The notes below the pieces were generated by a model. That model searched no databases, was not told the origin of the DNA, and was given only the letters and a program-made list of their open reading frames with translations. From Sumerlaeia bacterium (GTDB lineage Bacteria > Sumerlaeota > Sumerlaeia > UBA8349), in contig DATKZW010000647.1 in assembly GCA_035527775.1 (NCBI GenBank), forward strand, positions 1 to 26,956: a stretch of DNA of 26,956 bases, in the 5' to 3' direction. Positions 17,227 to 26,261 of this stretch are shown piece by piece. How positions within the stretch are numbered: position 1 is the stretch's first letter; each line of letters opens with the position of its first letter. The position numbers and the translations under genes are program-made.

Positions 17227-17967
17227 ATGTTGGAGATCAGGAATCTCCGCAAGGTCTACGAGGACGGCGCCGTGGGGGTCGATCACTTGGACTTGAGCAT
17301 TCCGGCGGGCGAGATTTTCGTTCTGCTCGGAGCGAACGGCGCGGGCAAAACGTCCACCATCATGCTGATCCTGGGCTTCACCGAGCCCACGGCGGGGGAA
17401 GTGCTGGTCAACGGGATCGACGTGCAGAAGGACCCGCTGGAAGCGAAGAAACACGTGGCCTACGTCTCGGAAAACGTGATGCTCTACGGCAATTTCACGG
17501 CGAAGCAGAACCTGGAGTTCTTCACCCGCCTCAGCGGACGGCGCGACATCCCGGAGGATGAGTTCCGCGAAGTGTTTCGGCGAGTCGGACTGGCGGAGAA
17601 CGCCTACCATCGCCGCGTGAAAGGCTTCTCGAAGGGAATGCGCCAGCGGCTCGGCATCGCGATCGCGATGCTCAAGAACGCGGAGCTGATCGTTCTCGAC
17701 GAGCCCACGAGCGGCCTGGACCCCAAAGGGGGATTCGAGTTCCTGCAGATCGTGGGGAGTCTGAAAAACGAGGGAAAAGCGATCCTGATGTCGAGTCACG
17801 ACATCTTCCGGGCGAAGGCCCTGGCGGACCGAGTCGGCATCATGTCTGAAGGCAGAATCCTCGAGATCATCGACCGAGACGATCTGAAGGATGCGGACCT
17901 GCAAGAGATCTACCTGCAGTATGTGGAACGCGTGGAGGCGGGAGCGACGTCGGCGAAGGCGGACTGA
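17227..17967 (+). CDS. ABC transporter ATP-binding protein (ABC-2 exporter type)
   Basis: GANGAGKTS Walker A, FSKGMRQR signature, LIVLDEPTSGLDP Walker B, SSH switch. Confidence 0.97.
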   Translation: MLEIRNLRKVYEDGAVGVDHLDLSIPAGEIFVLLGANGAGKTSTIMLILGFTEPTAGEVLVNGIDVQKDPLEAKKHVAYVSENVMLYGNFTAKQNLEFFTRLSGRRDIPEDEFREVFRRVGLAENAYHRRVKGFSKGMRQRLGIAIAMLKNAELIVLDEPTSGLDPKGGFEFLQIVGSLKNEGKAILMSSHDIFRAKALADRVGIMSEGRILEIIDRDDLKDADLQEIYLQYVERVEAGATSAKAD

Positions 17968-19361
17968 TGTTACGGATCATTATCGGCAAAGAAATCCTCT
18001 CGCACATCCTTTCGTTGCGCTTCACCGTGACGTTTATGCTGTTCCTTGTCGTCATCTTGGCGAGCTTCTACGTCACGGTGAACGAACACATGCTCGAGGT
18101 GAACCGCTTCGGGTCCCGGGAGCGCGTGTACGCGGAGAAGCTTTCCGACATTTTGAAGGAGGAGCAGGATTTCGGCACCCACGGGCGGCTCGAGCGGCTT
18201 TTCTGGCTGGAAGGGAGAAACAGCCCCGTCCCCGTTGCGACCCTGGCCTGGATGGGGCAAGGGCTGCAGGGCGTTCTTCCGGCCGGGATCAATGCCAGAG
18301 CGTTCGGGTCGCAGAACATCGATCGCGGGTTGACCCGCAATCCCCTCCTCGGTCTGCTGGCGACGCCCGATTTCATCTACGTCGTCAACGTGGTTCTGTC
18401 GCTGCTTGCCATTCTCTTCATGTTCGACGCCGTGTGCGGGGAAAAGGAAACCGGCACCTTGCGGCTCACGCTCTCCAATTCCGTTCCGAGGCATTCCGTT
18501 CTCCTGGGGAAATGGATCGGAGGATACATTGTCCTGCTGGTTCCTTTTCTGATCGCGACCGGCGGGGGCCTTGCTTACGCGTGGGGACGCGGCGCGCTGG
18601 ATCCGACGGCGGGCAACCTGATCCGGATCGGACTGCTAATTGCGCTTGCATGCCTCTACATCGCCGTGTTCTTCAATCTGAGCCTGTTCGTCTCGACGAC
18701 GACGCACAATTCCGCGACGGCGCTCTTGGTGTGTCTATTGCTCTGGGTGATATTCATCCTGGCGATACCGAATCTGGCCCCGGTGACTGCGAAGATCCTC
18801 GAGCCGACGCCCGCCCTCCAGAAAATCGAGGCCGAGAAGCGGGCGGTGGAGGAGGAGATCGAGTTGAAGATCGACAGATTGAGCGTCGCTTCCGGCGAGT
18901 TGCACTACGGCGACAAGATCGAACGCGAACGGGAGCGGCTGACTCGCGAGGGCGAGAGACGCCAGCGCCAGTGGGACCGCTTTTACGAGACGGCGTGCGA
19001 ACGGCAGACGGAGTTGGCCAAGACGTTGGGCAGACTCTCTCCATCGGCCAGCTGGATTTACGCGGCCACGTCCCTGACCGACACCGGCCCCGCCGTGCAT
19101 GAGCGCCTGAGAGAGAGCGCCAAGCGCTATGAATCGGCGATGGGAGAGTTCGAGAGGGCGTTCTTCCGGGCGGGCAGAAAACCGGGGACGAATGAGTGGC
19201 CCGAAATCAGCCCGGACGAACTCCCCGTCCTGGGGCTGACGTTCCCGAACGTTCAGGAGGCCACGAAAGACGCTCTGAACGACGTTCTGCTTCTGGTCAT
19301 CATGAACGTTGTTTTCTTCATGTTGGCCTTCGTGTTTTTCCTGCGCTACGACGTGCGGTAG
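17967..19361 (+). CDS. ABC-2 type transporter permease with large extracytoplasmic loops
   Basis: TGATG overlap with the ATPase; DAVCGEKETGTLRLTLSNSVPRHSVLLGKWIG motif; several transmembrane helices. Confidence 0.92.
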   Translation: MLRIIIGKEILSHILSLRFTVTFMLFLVVILASFYVTVNEHMLEVNRFGSRERVYAEKLSDILKEEQDFGTHGRLERLFWLEGRNSPVPVATLAWMGQGLQGVLPAGINARAFGSQNIDRGLTRNPLLGLLATPDFIYVVNVVLSLLAILFMFDAVCGEKETGTLRLTLSNSVPRHSVLLGKWIGGYIVLLVPFLIATGGGLAYAWGRGALDPTAGNLIRIGLLIALACLYIAVFFNLSLFVSTTTHNSATALLVCLLLWVIFILAIPNLAPVTAKILEPTPALQKIEAEKRAVEEEIELKIDRLSVASGELHYGDKIERERERLTREGERRQRQWDRFYETACERQTELAKTLGRLSPSASWIYAATSLTDTGPAVHERLRESAKRYESAMGEFERAFFRAGRKPGTNEWPEISPDELPVLGLTFPNVQEATKDALNDVLLLVIMNVVFFMLAFVFFLRYDVR

Positions 19362-19451
19362 AAGCGGCCCGCGCCAATGCCAACTCCCCCCACCCCATGG
19401 AGACCGTAAGGCGCGCGGACGCCCTTCACTGGCGCCCTTTCCCGAAATGTC

Positions 19452-19481
19452 TTGACGCGACCCTGCGCCAAGCATAAGAAT
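19452..19481 (+). promoter_or_regulatory. Putative promoter upstream of ftsH
   Basis: TTGACG followed 17 nt later by the AT-rich TAAGAAT. Confidence 0.4.
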
Positions 19482-19627
19482 TGTGGGGTAAAGTGGCGTT
19501 CGCCCGCCCGCGAGGGGCTAAACCGGGCAACGCCCCGGCGCAGGCCTTCTTCCTGGGGTCTCGCCCTTCCTCCGGTCTTCGCGATCCTCGATGCGCGCGG
19601 GCGGCCGGAAAGGGAACGTGGCGCAAA

Positions 19628-21628
19628 ATGAGCGGAAACCTTCGCAATCTCGTTCTCTGGATTGCCATTTTCGTCGCTTTCATCTTCATGGCGAAGAAGC
19701 TGACCGAGAAGGACCGGTCCATCAAACTGGACTTGTCGGCCGTGATGGAGATGGGGCGGGAGGGGCTCGCCGGGGCGAACGAGCCGAACCGCATCGTCGC
19801 CAAGATTGAGGACCGGGGAGGCGCCCTTCGCGGGGCTTTCGTCGAGCCCTACGGGGATCCCCAGGGCGGCGACGTCAAGTACAAGACCTTCCAGAGTGAG
19901 TACATCGCCGTCGGCTCGATGCCGGAGTACGTGGTCAATTGGGCCTTGAAAAACAACATCCCCTACAAGGCGAACCAGAGCAGTCAGCTCCTCAGCAGCA
20001 TTCTCTTCTCCTTTCTCTTCCCGATTCTCCTGATCGTCGTCATCTGGGTTTTCCTCATGCGCCAGTTCCAGGCGGGGTCGAACAAGGCCATGTCCTTCGG
20101 CAAGAGCCGCGCCAAGCTCGTGACCGAGGGGCAGGTCAAGATCTCCTTCGAGGACGTGGCGGGCATCGACGAGGTGAAGGAGGAACTGAACGAGATCATT
20201 CAGTTCCTGAAGGATCCTCAGAAGTTCTCGCGTCTCGGGGGGAAAATCCCGAAGGGCGTTCTACTCCACGGTCTGCCGGGGACGGGGAAAACGCTGCTCG
20301 CGCGCGCCGTGGCCGGCGAGGCGAGCGTGCCCTTCTTCAGCATCAGCGGCTCGGATTTCGTCGAGATGTTCGTGGGCGTCGGGGCTTCGCGCGTGCGCGA
20401 CCTTTTCGAGCAGGGCAAGAAAGCCAAGCCCTGCCTGATCTACATCGACGAGATCGACGCCGTCGGCCGTCATCGCTTTGCCGGGATCGGAGGCGGCCAC
20501 GACGAGCGCGAGCAGACGCTGAATCAGCTTCTCGTCGAGCTCGACGGTTTCGCCCCCAACGAGGGCGTTATCGTCATGGCGTCGACGAACCGGCCCGACG
20601 TTCTGGACCCCGCTTTGCTGCGCCCCGGGCGCTTCGACCGGCAGATCCGCGTGGATCTGCCCGACATGGTGGGGCGGGAGAAGATTCTGCAGGTGCACAC
20701 GCGCGAGATCAAGATGGCCGACGGCGTCTCGCTGCAGCAGATCGCCCGAGGAACGCCGAGCTTCAGCGGCGCGGACCTGGCGAACCTAGCCAACGAGGCC
20801 GCCCTCCTCGCCGCGCGCAAAGACAAGAACGCCGTCGAGATGGAGGACCTGGAGGAAGCGAAAGATCGCGTGCTCATGGGGCCGGAGCGTCGCAGTCTGG
20901 CCATGAGCGAGAAGGAGTTGAAGAACACCGCCTACCATGAGGCGGGACACGCCTTGGTCTCGAAGCTGACCCCGGACGCCGAGGAGAAAGTGCACAAGGT
21001 CACGATCATTCCCCGAGGAAGAACGCTGGGCAGCACGGCCATTCTCCCCGAAGAGGACCGGCACAGCCAGAGCCGCCGCCAGCTTTTCAACGCCCTGCTT
21101 TATCTCATGGGCGGCCGCGCCGCCGAGGAGTGCAAGTTCAACACTTTCACAACCGGCGCCGCCAACGACTTGCACCGGGCCACGGACTTGGCGCACAGCA
21201 TGGTGTGCGAGTTTGGAATGAGCGAGCGTCTCGGGCCGCGCACCTTCGGGTCGCCCTCGGCGCAAGTTTTCCTCGGCCGAGACATATCGCGGGATCGCGA
21301 CTACAGCGAGGAGACGGCGAGTCTGATTGACACGGAGGTCCGGGAACTTCTCTCGAGCGCCTATCACAAGGCATTGCAGGTCCTGCGGGACAACATGGAT
21401 CCCCTGGAGCGAATCAGTCAGGCCCTCCTCGAACGCGAAACCCTCAACGGCGATGAACTGGACGTCCTGATCCGTGGCGAGGAACTGCCTCCTTTCCGGA
21501 GGGGGCGAAACGGGGAGACCCGAGCGCCCTCCGCGACGGAAGCGGCGTCGGGCAAAGAGGAGAGGGGCAAGCAAGACCGGCCGGCCGCCGGAGCCGTACT
21601 CCAGCCCCCCACGACACAACCTTCGTAA
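19628..21628 (+). CDS. ftsH: ATP-dependent zinc metalloprotease FtsH
   Basis: Two N-terminal transmembrane helices; GLPGTGKT; [21 protein letters not shown]; IYIDEIDA; RPGRFDR; HEAGH; GAAND. Start taken as the ATG at 19628. Confidence 0.98.
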   Translation: MSGNLRNLVLWIAIFVAFIFMAKKLTEKDRSIKLDLSAVMEMGREGLAGANEPNRIVAKIEDRGGALRGAFVEPYGDPQGGDVKYKTFQSEYIAVGSMPEYVVNWALKNNIPYKANQSSQLLSSILFSFLFPILLIVVIWVFLMRQFQAGSNKAMSFGKSRAKLVTEGQVKISFEDVAGIDEVKEELNEIIQFLKDPQKFSRLGGKIPKGVLLHGLPGTGKTLLARAVAGEASVPFFSISGSDFVEMFVGVGASRVRDLFEQGKKAKPCLIYIDEIDAVGRHRFAGIGGGHDEREQTLNQLLVELDGFAPNEGVIVMASTNRPDVLDPALLRPGRFDRQIRVDLPDMVGREKILQVHTREIKMADGVSLQQIARGTPSFSGADLANLANEAALLAARKDKNAVEMEDLEEAKDRVLMGPERRSLAMSEKELKNTAYHEAGHALVSKLTPDAEEKVHKVTIIPRGRTLGSTAILPEEDRHSQSRRQLFNALLYLMGGRAAEECKFNTFTTGAANDLHRATDLAHSMVCEFGMSERLGPRTFGSPSAQVFLGRDISRDRDYSEETASLIDTEVRELLSSAYHKALQVLRDNMDPLERISQALLERETLNGDELDVLIRGEELPPFRRGRNGETRAPSATEAASGKEERGKQDRPAAGAVLQPPTTQPS

Positions 21629-21730
21629 CCGGGCGCCGCCGGACGCCGGCGGGGCGCGCCGTTGCGCGCGGACACTCTGGGCCCCCCGCTCGTCGGGAGG
21701 CCCATTCCATAATCGGGAGGGACTCTTCCC

Positions 21731-22969
21731 GTGAGAAGACCTCTGTTTCAGCGAAGAACCGTTTGGATTGTCTGGTTGGCCGCCCCGATGCTTCTGGGCG
21801 GCTGCGGCGAGCTCCAGGATCTGCGCCACATCAAGCAAGTGCAAGACCAGCGGATCAACGAGCTCCAGGCCCAGCTCGAGAAGACGTCGGCCGAGAACCA
21901 CGCTTTCGCCACGCGCAAAACGGCCGAAATCAACGCCCTCAACATGCGCCTCGAGGCCACCGTCGAGGAACTCCGGAAAGCCAGAGCCGAACGAACCGAG
22001 CGGGAACGCCGCTTGGAGGATTCCGACCGCCAGTCGCGGCGGGATCTCGAGACGGCCCGAGCCGAGGTCGCCCGCCTTCGGGAGATGGTGAAGAGCCAAA
22101 CACAGGAGATCGAAGCGAAGGACGCGGAGATCGGAAACCTGACAACCACGCTCGACAAAGCGAAATCCGACATGGATCAGCTAAGCGAGGAGGGCCAAAC
22201 CCTCAACGCCAAGCTGGTTCGCGCGGAGGGCGAGGCGAACGACCTTCGCGTGAAGTTGGAGGCCGGCCAGGCCGCCCTTGCGCAGAAAGAGAGTGAACGG
22301 GCCGAGGCGAAGAAAAAGATGGAGGAGGAAGCCGCCCGCGCCGATCGCATGGGGGAGAACGCCAGGAATCTGGACGCGCAGGTCGCCAATCTTCAGAACG
22401 CGCTCAAGGAATCGGACACCGAGTCGAGCAAGTCCATGGAGAGCCTGAGAAAAGAAGCGATGCGGATGCGCGATCAGATTCAGAAGGTGGAGAAGGGCGA
22501 GATCATCATGGACGCCGATCTCCAAAAGGCGCTTGGGCTGCTGAAAGCCGTCCTGAAGCCGGTCAGTGACGCCGATTACGCCACGGTCGGCGCCGACTCC
22601 CGAGGCGTGGTCATTCGTTTGGCGGCAGAGTACCTGTTTGTGAAAGACGTCCTTGATCTGGATCCCGAGGTTCTCGTGACTCTGGACAAGATCGCCGAGA
22701 TTCTCAACCAGTTCCCGGCCAAGTTCGTTGAGGTCCAAGGCCACACCGACAGCCAACCCGTGCTGAACCTGCCCTTCGTGGACAACTGGGGCCTGGCGGC
22801 CGCCCGGGCCGAGAAGGTCGTTCGCTACCTGGCCGACCGCACGCCTCTGGACCCGAAACGGTTGAAAGGCAGCACCTGCTCGCAGTATCGTCCGCTCGCG
22901 TCCGAGGAGGTCGCAAAAAACCCCAAAATGAACCGGCGGGTCGAGATCATTCTCACGAATAATCCGTGA
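21731..22969 (+). CDS. OmpA/MotB-family peptidoglycan-binding lipoprotein with a long coiled coil
   Basis: Lipobox LGGC; about 230 aa of heptad-rich sequence; C-terminal VEVQGHTD...NWGLAAARA...NRRVEIIL. Confidence 0.9.
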   Translation: MRRPLFQRRTVWIVWLAAPMLLGGCGELQDLRHIKQVQDQRINELQAQLEKTSAENHAFATRKTAEINALNMRLEATVEELRKARAERTERERRLEDSDRQSRRDLETARAEVARLREMVKSQTQEIEAKDAEIGNLTTTLDKAKSDMDQLSEEGQTLNAKLVRAEGEANDLRVKLEAGQAALAQKESERAEAKKKMEEEAARADRMGENARNLDAQVANLQNALKESDTESSKSMESLRKEAMRMRDQIQKVEKGEIIMDADLQKALGLLKAVLKPVSDADYATVGADSRGVVIRLAAEYLFVKDVLDLDPEVLVTLDKIAEILNQFPAKFVEVQGHTDSQPVLNLPFVDNWGLAAARAEKVVRYLADRTPLDPKRLKGSTCSQYRPLASEEVAKNPKMNRRVEIILTNNP

Positions 22970-23006
22970 CGCAACGGGGCCCCGCGGGCGCCGCCGGTGG
23001 GGCGCC

Positions 23007-23603
23007 TCAGAAGGCGGAGTAGATCCGGATCTCCGTCATCAGAATGTCGCCCTCGGACTTGGTGCCGTTGGTCGAGTCGTAGAGGCCGTTGACGAATCTC
23101 GGGTCCATGGCGAGCTCCAAATCCCGTGAGTTGCCCTTCGCCGGGCTGCGGTCGTAGTAGTCCGAGATGCCGTCGGGACCCACGGAGTTGATGGCATAGG
23201 TGCGCCCGGGATCCACCGTGCCGCCGCCGGCCGGCCAATACTCGTAGTTGCGGCGCCTTGCCCCCGACGGCACGGCGTAGTTGCTGCCGGACGTCCATTC
23301 CGTGAAGGGGCTCTCAGGCACCGACGTGATGTAGGCCACGGGCGAAGTCAGTTTGGCGAACCACATGTAGTCTCCGTATTGCCCCTCCGCCACGTGCGGG
23401 GGATAGATGTTGTTGTCCACCCGGTAGGTTTCGAGCGCCGTCCTCAGGGCTCGATAGTCGCTCATCACGTTCGCGACCTTCGCCCGCACCTGCGCCTCGA
23501 GGAAGTTGGGCACGGCGATCGCCGCCAGAATGGCGATGATGGCCACCACGATGAGCAGTTCGATAAGCGTGAATGCCGTTCTCCAACTCTTCAAACGTTC
23601 CAT
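23007..23603 (-). CDS. Prepilin-type N-terminal cleavage/methylation domain protein (paralogue 2)
   Basis: WRTA|FTLIELLIVVAIIAILAAIAVPNFLEAQ; LTSPVAY; SVGPDG; YDSTNGTKSEGDI; AAGGAGG RBS. Confidence 0.92.
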   Translation of the reverse strand: MERLKSWRTAFTLIELLIVVAIIAILAAIAVPNFLEAQVRAKVANVMSDYRALRTALETYRVDNNIYPPHVAEGQYGDYMWFAKLTSPVAYITSVPESPFTEWTSGSNYAVPSGARRRNYEYWPAGGGTVDPGRTYAINSVGPDGISDYYDRSPAKGNSRDLELAMDPRFVNGLYDSTNGTKSEGDILMTEIRIYSAF

Positions 23604-23605
23604 CG

Positions 23606-24703
23606 CTAGATCCTCCTTGACGGTCTTCCGCACGGTCTGCCATGGGCGAAACTCGCCCGGTGGATCCGCCCGTAGCATTGCGCCGTTCTGAGCCAAGCCT
23701 CGATGTTCTCGAGCGGGGTTTCCGGCATGATGCCGTTGGACGCCGCAAGAATGCAGCCCCCTTCCTCCGAATCGAACGCGTCGATCAGTCCGCGCGCGCC
23801 CTCCTCGACGTCCTTGACCGAGCCGTTCGGCAGAAGGCGCTGAACGTCGATCCCGGCCAAAAAGGAGATTCTGCCTCGATACTTCCGCGCAATCGCCTCC
23901 TGGTCCATGGCCACCGGTTGGATCGGGTGCAGCACGTCCACGCCGATGGACACGAGATCCTCGACGACGTCGGTAATGGCGCCGCACGAGTGGAGCCAAA
24001 AGTGCATGCCCGCCGAATGGCAATGGTCGACGAGCTCTTCGTAGAACGGGAGGTACAGATTGCGGAACAGGTCGCGCGAGAAGATCAAGCCGGTTTGGGT
24101 GCCGAGGTCGTCGGAGGTGAAGTAGGCGTGGGCCCCCGCGTCGGCGCAGCCGGTGACCACCTTCTTGTGGTAGTCGCAGAAGGCGCGAAAGAGGCGTCCG
24201 ATCCGGTCGGGCCGCCACATCATCTCGCAGAGCGTCTCTTCCATTCCGAAGAGGAACCACGTTCGCTCGAAGAGACAGAAGAAGTCCCACGCCACGCAGT
24301 ATCGGCCGGGGTTGTCGCGCACGGCCTGGCGGGCGCCGTCGAAGTGGGCCGGGTCGGAGGGATCCGGAATGGCCTGGATGAAATCATCGATCAGGTCCGT
24401 GGAGCTAACGACGGGCCGGCTCGTAATGCCGCGGGTGTCGAGGTCCCCGGGATCGGGCTCGATGGCCCATTTGTACTCGGGCGGGGCGCCTTCGGGGGCC
24501 TGGAAGTTCCCGGGCCCTCGGAACCAGAGACTGATGCAGTCGTCGACGATCGAGTCGTTGAGAACTGTCAGCGCTTCGCCGTACTTCTCGACCGTTCCGG
24601 CGTTGTAGAACTTGTGCCAGAAGAGCGGAACGCGCGGAATGTCCCCGCCGCGGCGCTGAACGACGCGTCGCATCTGGTCCAGGCTGAGAGGCGTCTCGGG
24701 CAT
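23606..24703 (-). CDS. Uroporphyrinogen decarboxylase/MtaA-CmuA family TIM-barrel protein
   Basis: GGAGGAGG RBS; CLFERTWFLFGMEE, TSDDLGTQ, WLHSCG, VDVLHPIQP, FLAGIDVQ, GCILAASN. Probably not true HemE. Confidence 0.88.
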   Translation of the reverse strand: MPETPLSLDQMRRVVQRRGGDIPRVPLFWHKFYNAGTVEKYGEALTVLNDSIVDDCISLWFRGPGNFQAPEGAPPEYKWAIEPDPGDLDTRGITSRPVVSSTDLIDDFIQAIPDPSDPAHFDGARQAVRDNPGRYCVAWDFFCLFERTWFLFGMEETLCEMMWRPDRIGRLFRAFCDYHKKVVTGCADAGAHAYFTSDDLGTQTGLIFSRDLFRNLYLPFYEELVDHCHSAGMHFWLHSCGAITDVVEDLVSIGVDVLHPIQPVAMDQEAIARKYRGRISFLAGIDVQRLLPNGSVKDVEEGARGLIDAFDSEEGGCILAASNGIMPETPLENIEAWLRTAQCYGRIHRASFAHGRPCGRPSRRI

Positions 24704-24831
24704 GTGGCCCTCCTCCATTGCGGAGCCGTCGCCAGGCTTGGCCGCCACTGTCGCCGACCGGCTGGGCGGGCGCAAGGGTTTTCTGATAGCAGGGCCTGTG
24801 AAAAGTGTGGGCATGATCCAACGCAAATCTC

Positions 24832-24861
24832 TTGCACGCCCGACGTTCCCCGCAAGATAAT
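24832..24861 (+). promoter_or_regulatory. Putative sigma70 promoter for pilin paralogue 3
   Basis: TTGCAC-N18-GATAAT. Confidence 0.5.
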
Positions 24862-25001
24862 GACACGCGGGACCGGGACGCCGGCGGGAGGACGCGGCAC
24901 GGGCGCCGCGCCCCGCTCCGGTTCTTCGCGGCGTGACCGACCCAGTGAGGAAGTGCGCCTTTCGCAACGCGGAAGATTCTCAGAGCGGAGGAGGATGCCC
25001 C

Positions 25002-25637
25002 ATGTGCTCCAGACGGATTCGCGCCTTCACCTTGATCGAACTTCTGATAGTTGTCGCCATCATTGCCATTCTGGCCGCCATCGCCGTTCCCAACTTCCTT
25101 GAGGCCCAGGTGCGCGCGAAGACGGCCAGGGTCAAATCCGACATGCGCACCGTGGACGTGGCCATGAAGGCCTACTTCGTGGAGTACAACGAGGTGCCCT
25201 ACGACGGAAACGACAGCCCGACCTGGCGTTACGCCGGCATGACCTTCAGCCAAGAGAACCCGGGCAAGACCCCGGAAATCCGGTTCATGGGGGGCGGTCT
25301 TGAGCAGTACTACTGTTTCTCCTACTTCGTCCCCCTCACCACGCCCGTGGCGTACTTGACCAGCGTCCCAAAGGATGGCTTCACCAAGTACATGCCCTAT
25401 GGCTACAACACGCGCGCTCGGCTGAACGGACACCCGTTCGTCGGCTACAACATCATCTTTTCCGCCGGGCCCGACCGTATCGGCGGCGACTGGTACCCCG
25501 GTCTTGATCCTCAATCGCCGATGGGGATTCCCTACGACCCCTCGAATGGGACCAAGAGCCAGGGCGACATCTGGCGCGCCCTTGTCATCAGAGACATGGA
25601 TTGGTTCAAAGCGGAGTACCCGTTCGAATACGATTGA
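25002..25637 (+). CDS. Prepilin-type N-terminal cleavage/methylation domain protein (paralogue 3)
   Basis: GGAGGAGG RBS; RIRA|FTLIELLIVV...; LTTPVAY; SAGPD; YDPSNGTKSQGDI. Confidence 0.92.
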   Translation: MCSRRIRAFTLIELLIVVAIIAILAAIAVPNFLEAQVRAKTARVKSDMRTVDVAMKAYFVEYNEVPYDGNDSPTWRYAGMTFSQENPGKTPEIRFMGGGLEQYYCFSYFVPLTTPVAYLTSVPKDGFTKYMPYGYNTRARLNGHPFVGYNIIFSAGPDRIGGDWYPGLDPQSPMGIPYDPSNGTKSQGDIWRALVIRDMDWFKAEYPFEYD

Positions 25638-25763
25638 TCGCCTGTCTTCAAGGTCCGCGCTGCTGAGATTGGGCTTGATCGGACACCGTCCGGCGGACCG
25701 CGTCTTTCGTCAACGACCATGCCGAGATACGGCTCACCTTCCGAGCGTGACGCGGAGAACTCT

Positions 25764-25844
25764 GGAGGCCTTCTCCCACGCTGAAGTGCAATGTGGGGGG
25801 CCGTCTCCCACGCTGAAGCGCAATGTGGGAGGCCGTCTCCGACG
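25764..25844. repeat. 32-bp REP-like tandem repeat, about 2.5 copies
   Basis: GG(A/G)GGCC(T/G)TCTCCCACGCTGAAG(T/C)GCAATGTG at 25764 and 25796, partial at 25828; internal CCCAC...GTGGG stem. Confidence 0.8.
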
Positions 25845-25930
25845 GGCGACGCGTCCCCCGGTCCGGACCGCGACCGCGCCTCCAGCGCTCCTGCCGCCCC
25901 TTTTCTCTGGCGGGCGCTTCTGAAGGGAAG

Positions 25931-25948
25931 GCGGCGGCAAGCCGCCGC
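25931..25948. repeat. Perfect palindrome GCGGCGGC-AA-GCCGCCGC (REP-like)
   Basis: 8-bp inverted repeat with no U-tract, followed by AGTCCA. Confidence 0.7.
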
Positions 25949-26017
25949 AGTCCACGCGTTCTCGTCTTCTTCGTATGTTCTTTCTGCGCCGAACTGCGCC
26001 ACAGACATCAGAGCCGG

Positions 26018-26188
26018 CCCACGGGCCGAACGTTCCTGCCCTCGCGGTTGGCGGGGGAGGTAGAGAGAGAACTGGTCGCTCTCGTGATCTTCAATGAAAC
26101 GGACTGCTTCCTGGGTGTGGCGCTTCGTGAGGAAGCGTTGGTCCGGGGCTTCTTCGAGTGTCTCTTCTTGCCGGATCAAGAAAGGCAT
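26018..26188 (-). pseudogene. Arylsulfatase-family gene remnant
   Basis: PFLIRQEETLEEAPDQRFLTKRHTQEAVRFIEDHESDQFSLYLP...RSARG resembles the sulfatase mid-region (DQ..LTKRYT.EAV.FI......PFFLYL...G.SARG). The catalytic CxPxR N-terminus is absent. Confidence 0.6.
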
Positions 26189-26215
26189 TGCATGTCAGGA
26201 ATGGCGAGGTACAAT
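26188..26215 (+). promoter_or_regulatory. Putative sigma70 promoter for pilin paralogue 4
   Basis: TTGCAT-N16-TACAAT, 46 nt upstream of the ATG. Confidence 0.55.
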
Positions 26216-26261
26216 GTCGCCGCCAAAGGGAGTGGAAACCGACACAGAGGGAGAGAAGCCA

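Noticed and set aside
13654-17252. Long antisense ORFs (13654-15444, 15372-17252) and similar ones opposite rnfC, ftsH, mreB and URO-D
   Set aside because: They are shadows of real genes in GC-rich DNA, with no recognisable motifs or RBS.
20254-20290. FtsH Walker A variant GLPGTGKT (instead of GPPGTGKT)
   Set aside because: The catalytic GKT, second region of homology and HEAGH are intact; the change is probably neutral.
21633-21655. GC hairpins after ftsH and at 22987-23006 as intrinsic terminators
   Set aside because: No U-tracts; these stems are expected by chance at this GC content.
21731-22969. Assignment as flagellar motB
   Set aside because: It has a lipoprotein signal rather than the MotB transmembrane helix with the conserved Asp, and there is no motA.
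23606-24703. Assignment as hemE
   Set aside because: It lacks the typical HemE N-terminal PxWxMRQAGR motif and has no heme-pathway neighbours.
25764-25844. Possible mini-CRISPR array (32-bp palindromic repeats)
   Set aside because: The repeats are directly adjacent with no spacers, and there are no cas genes in the window.
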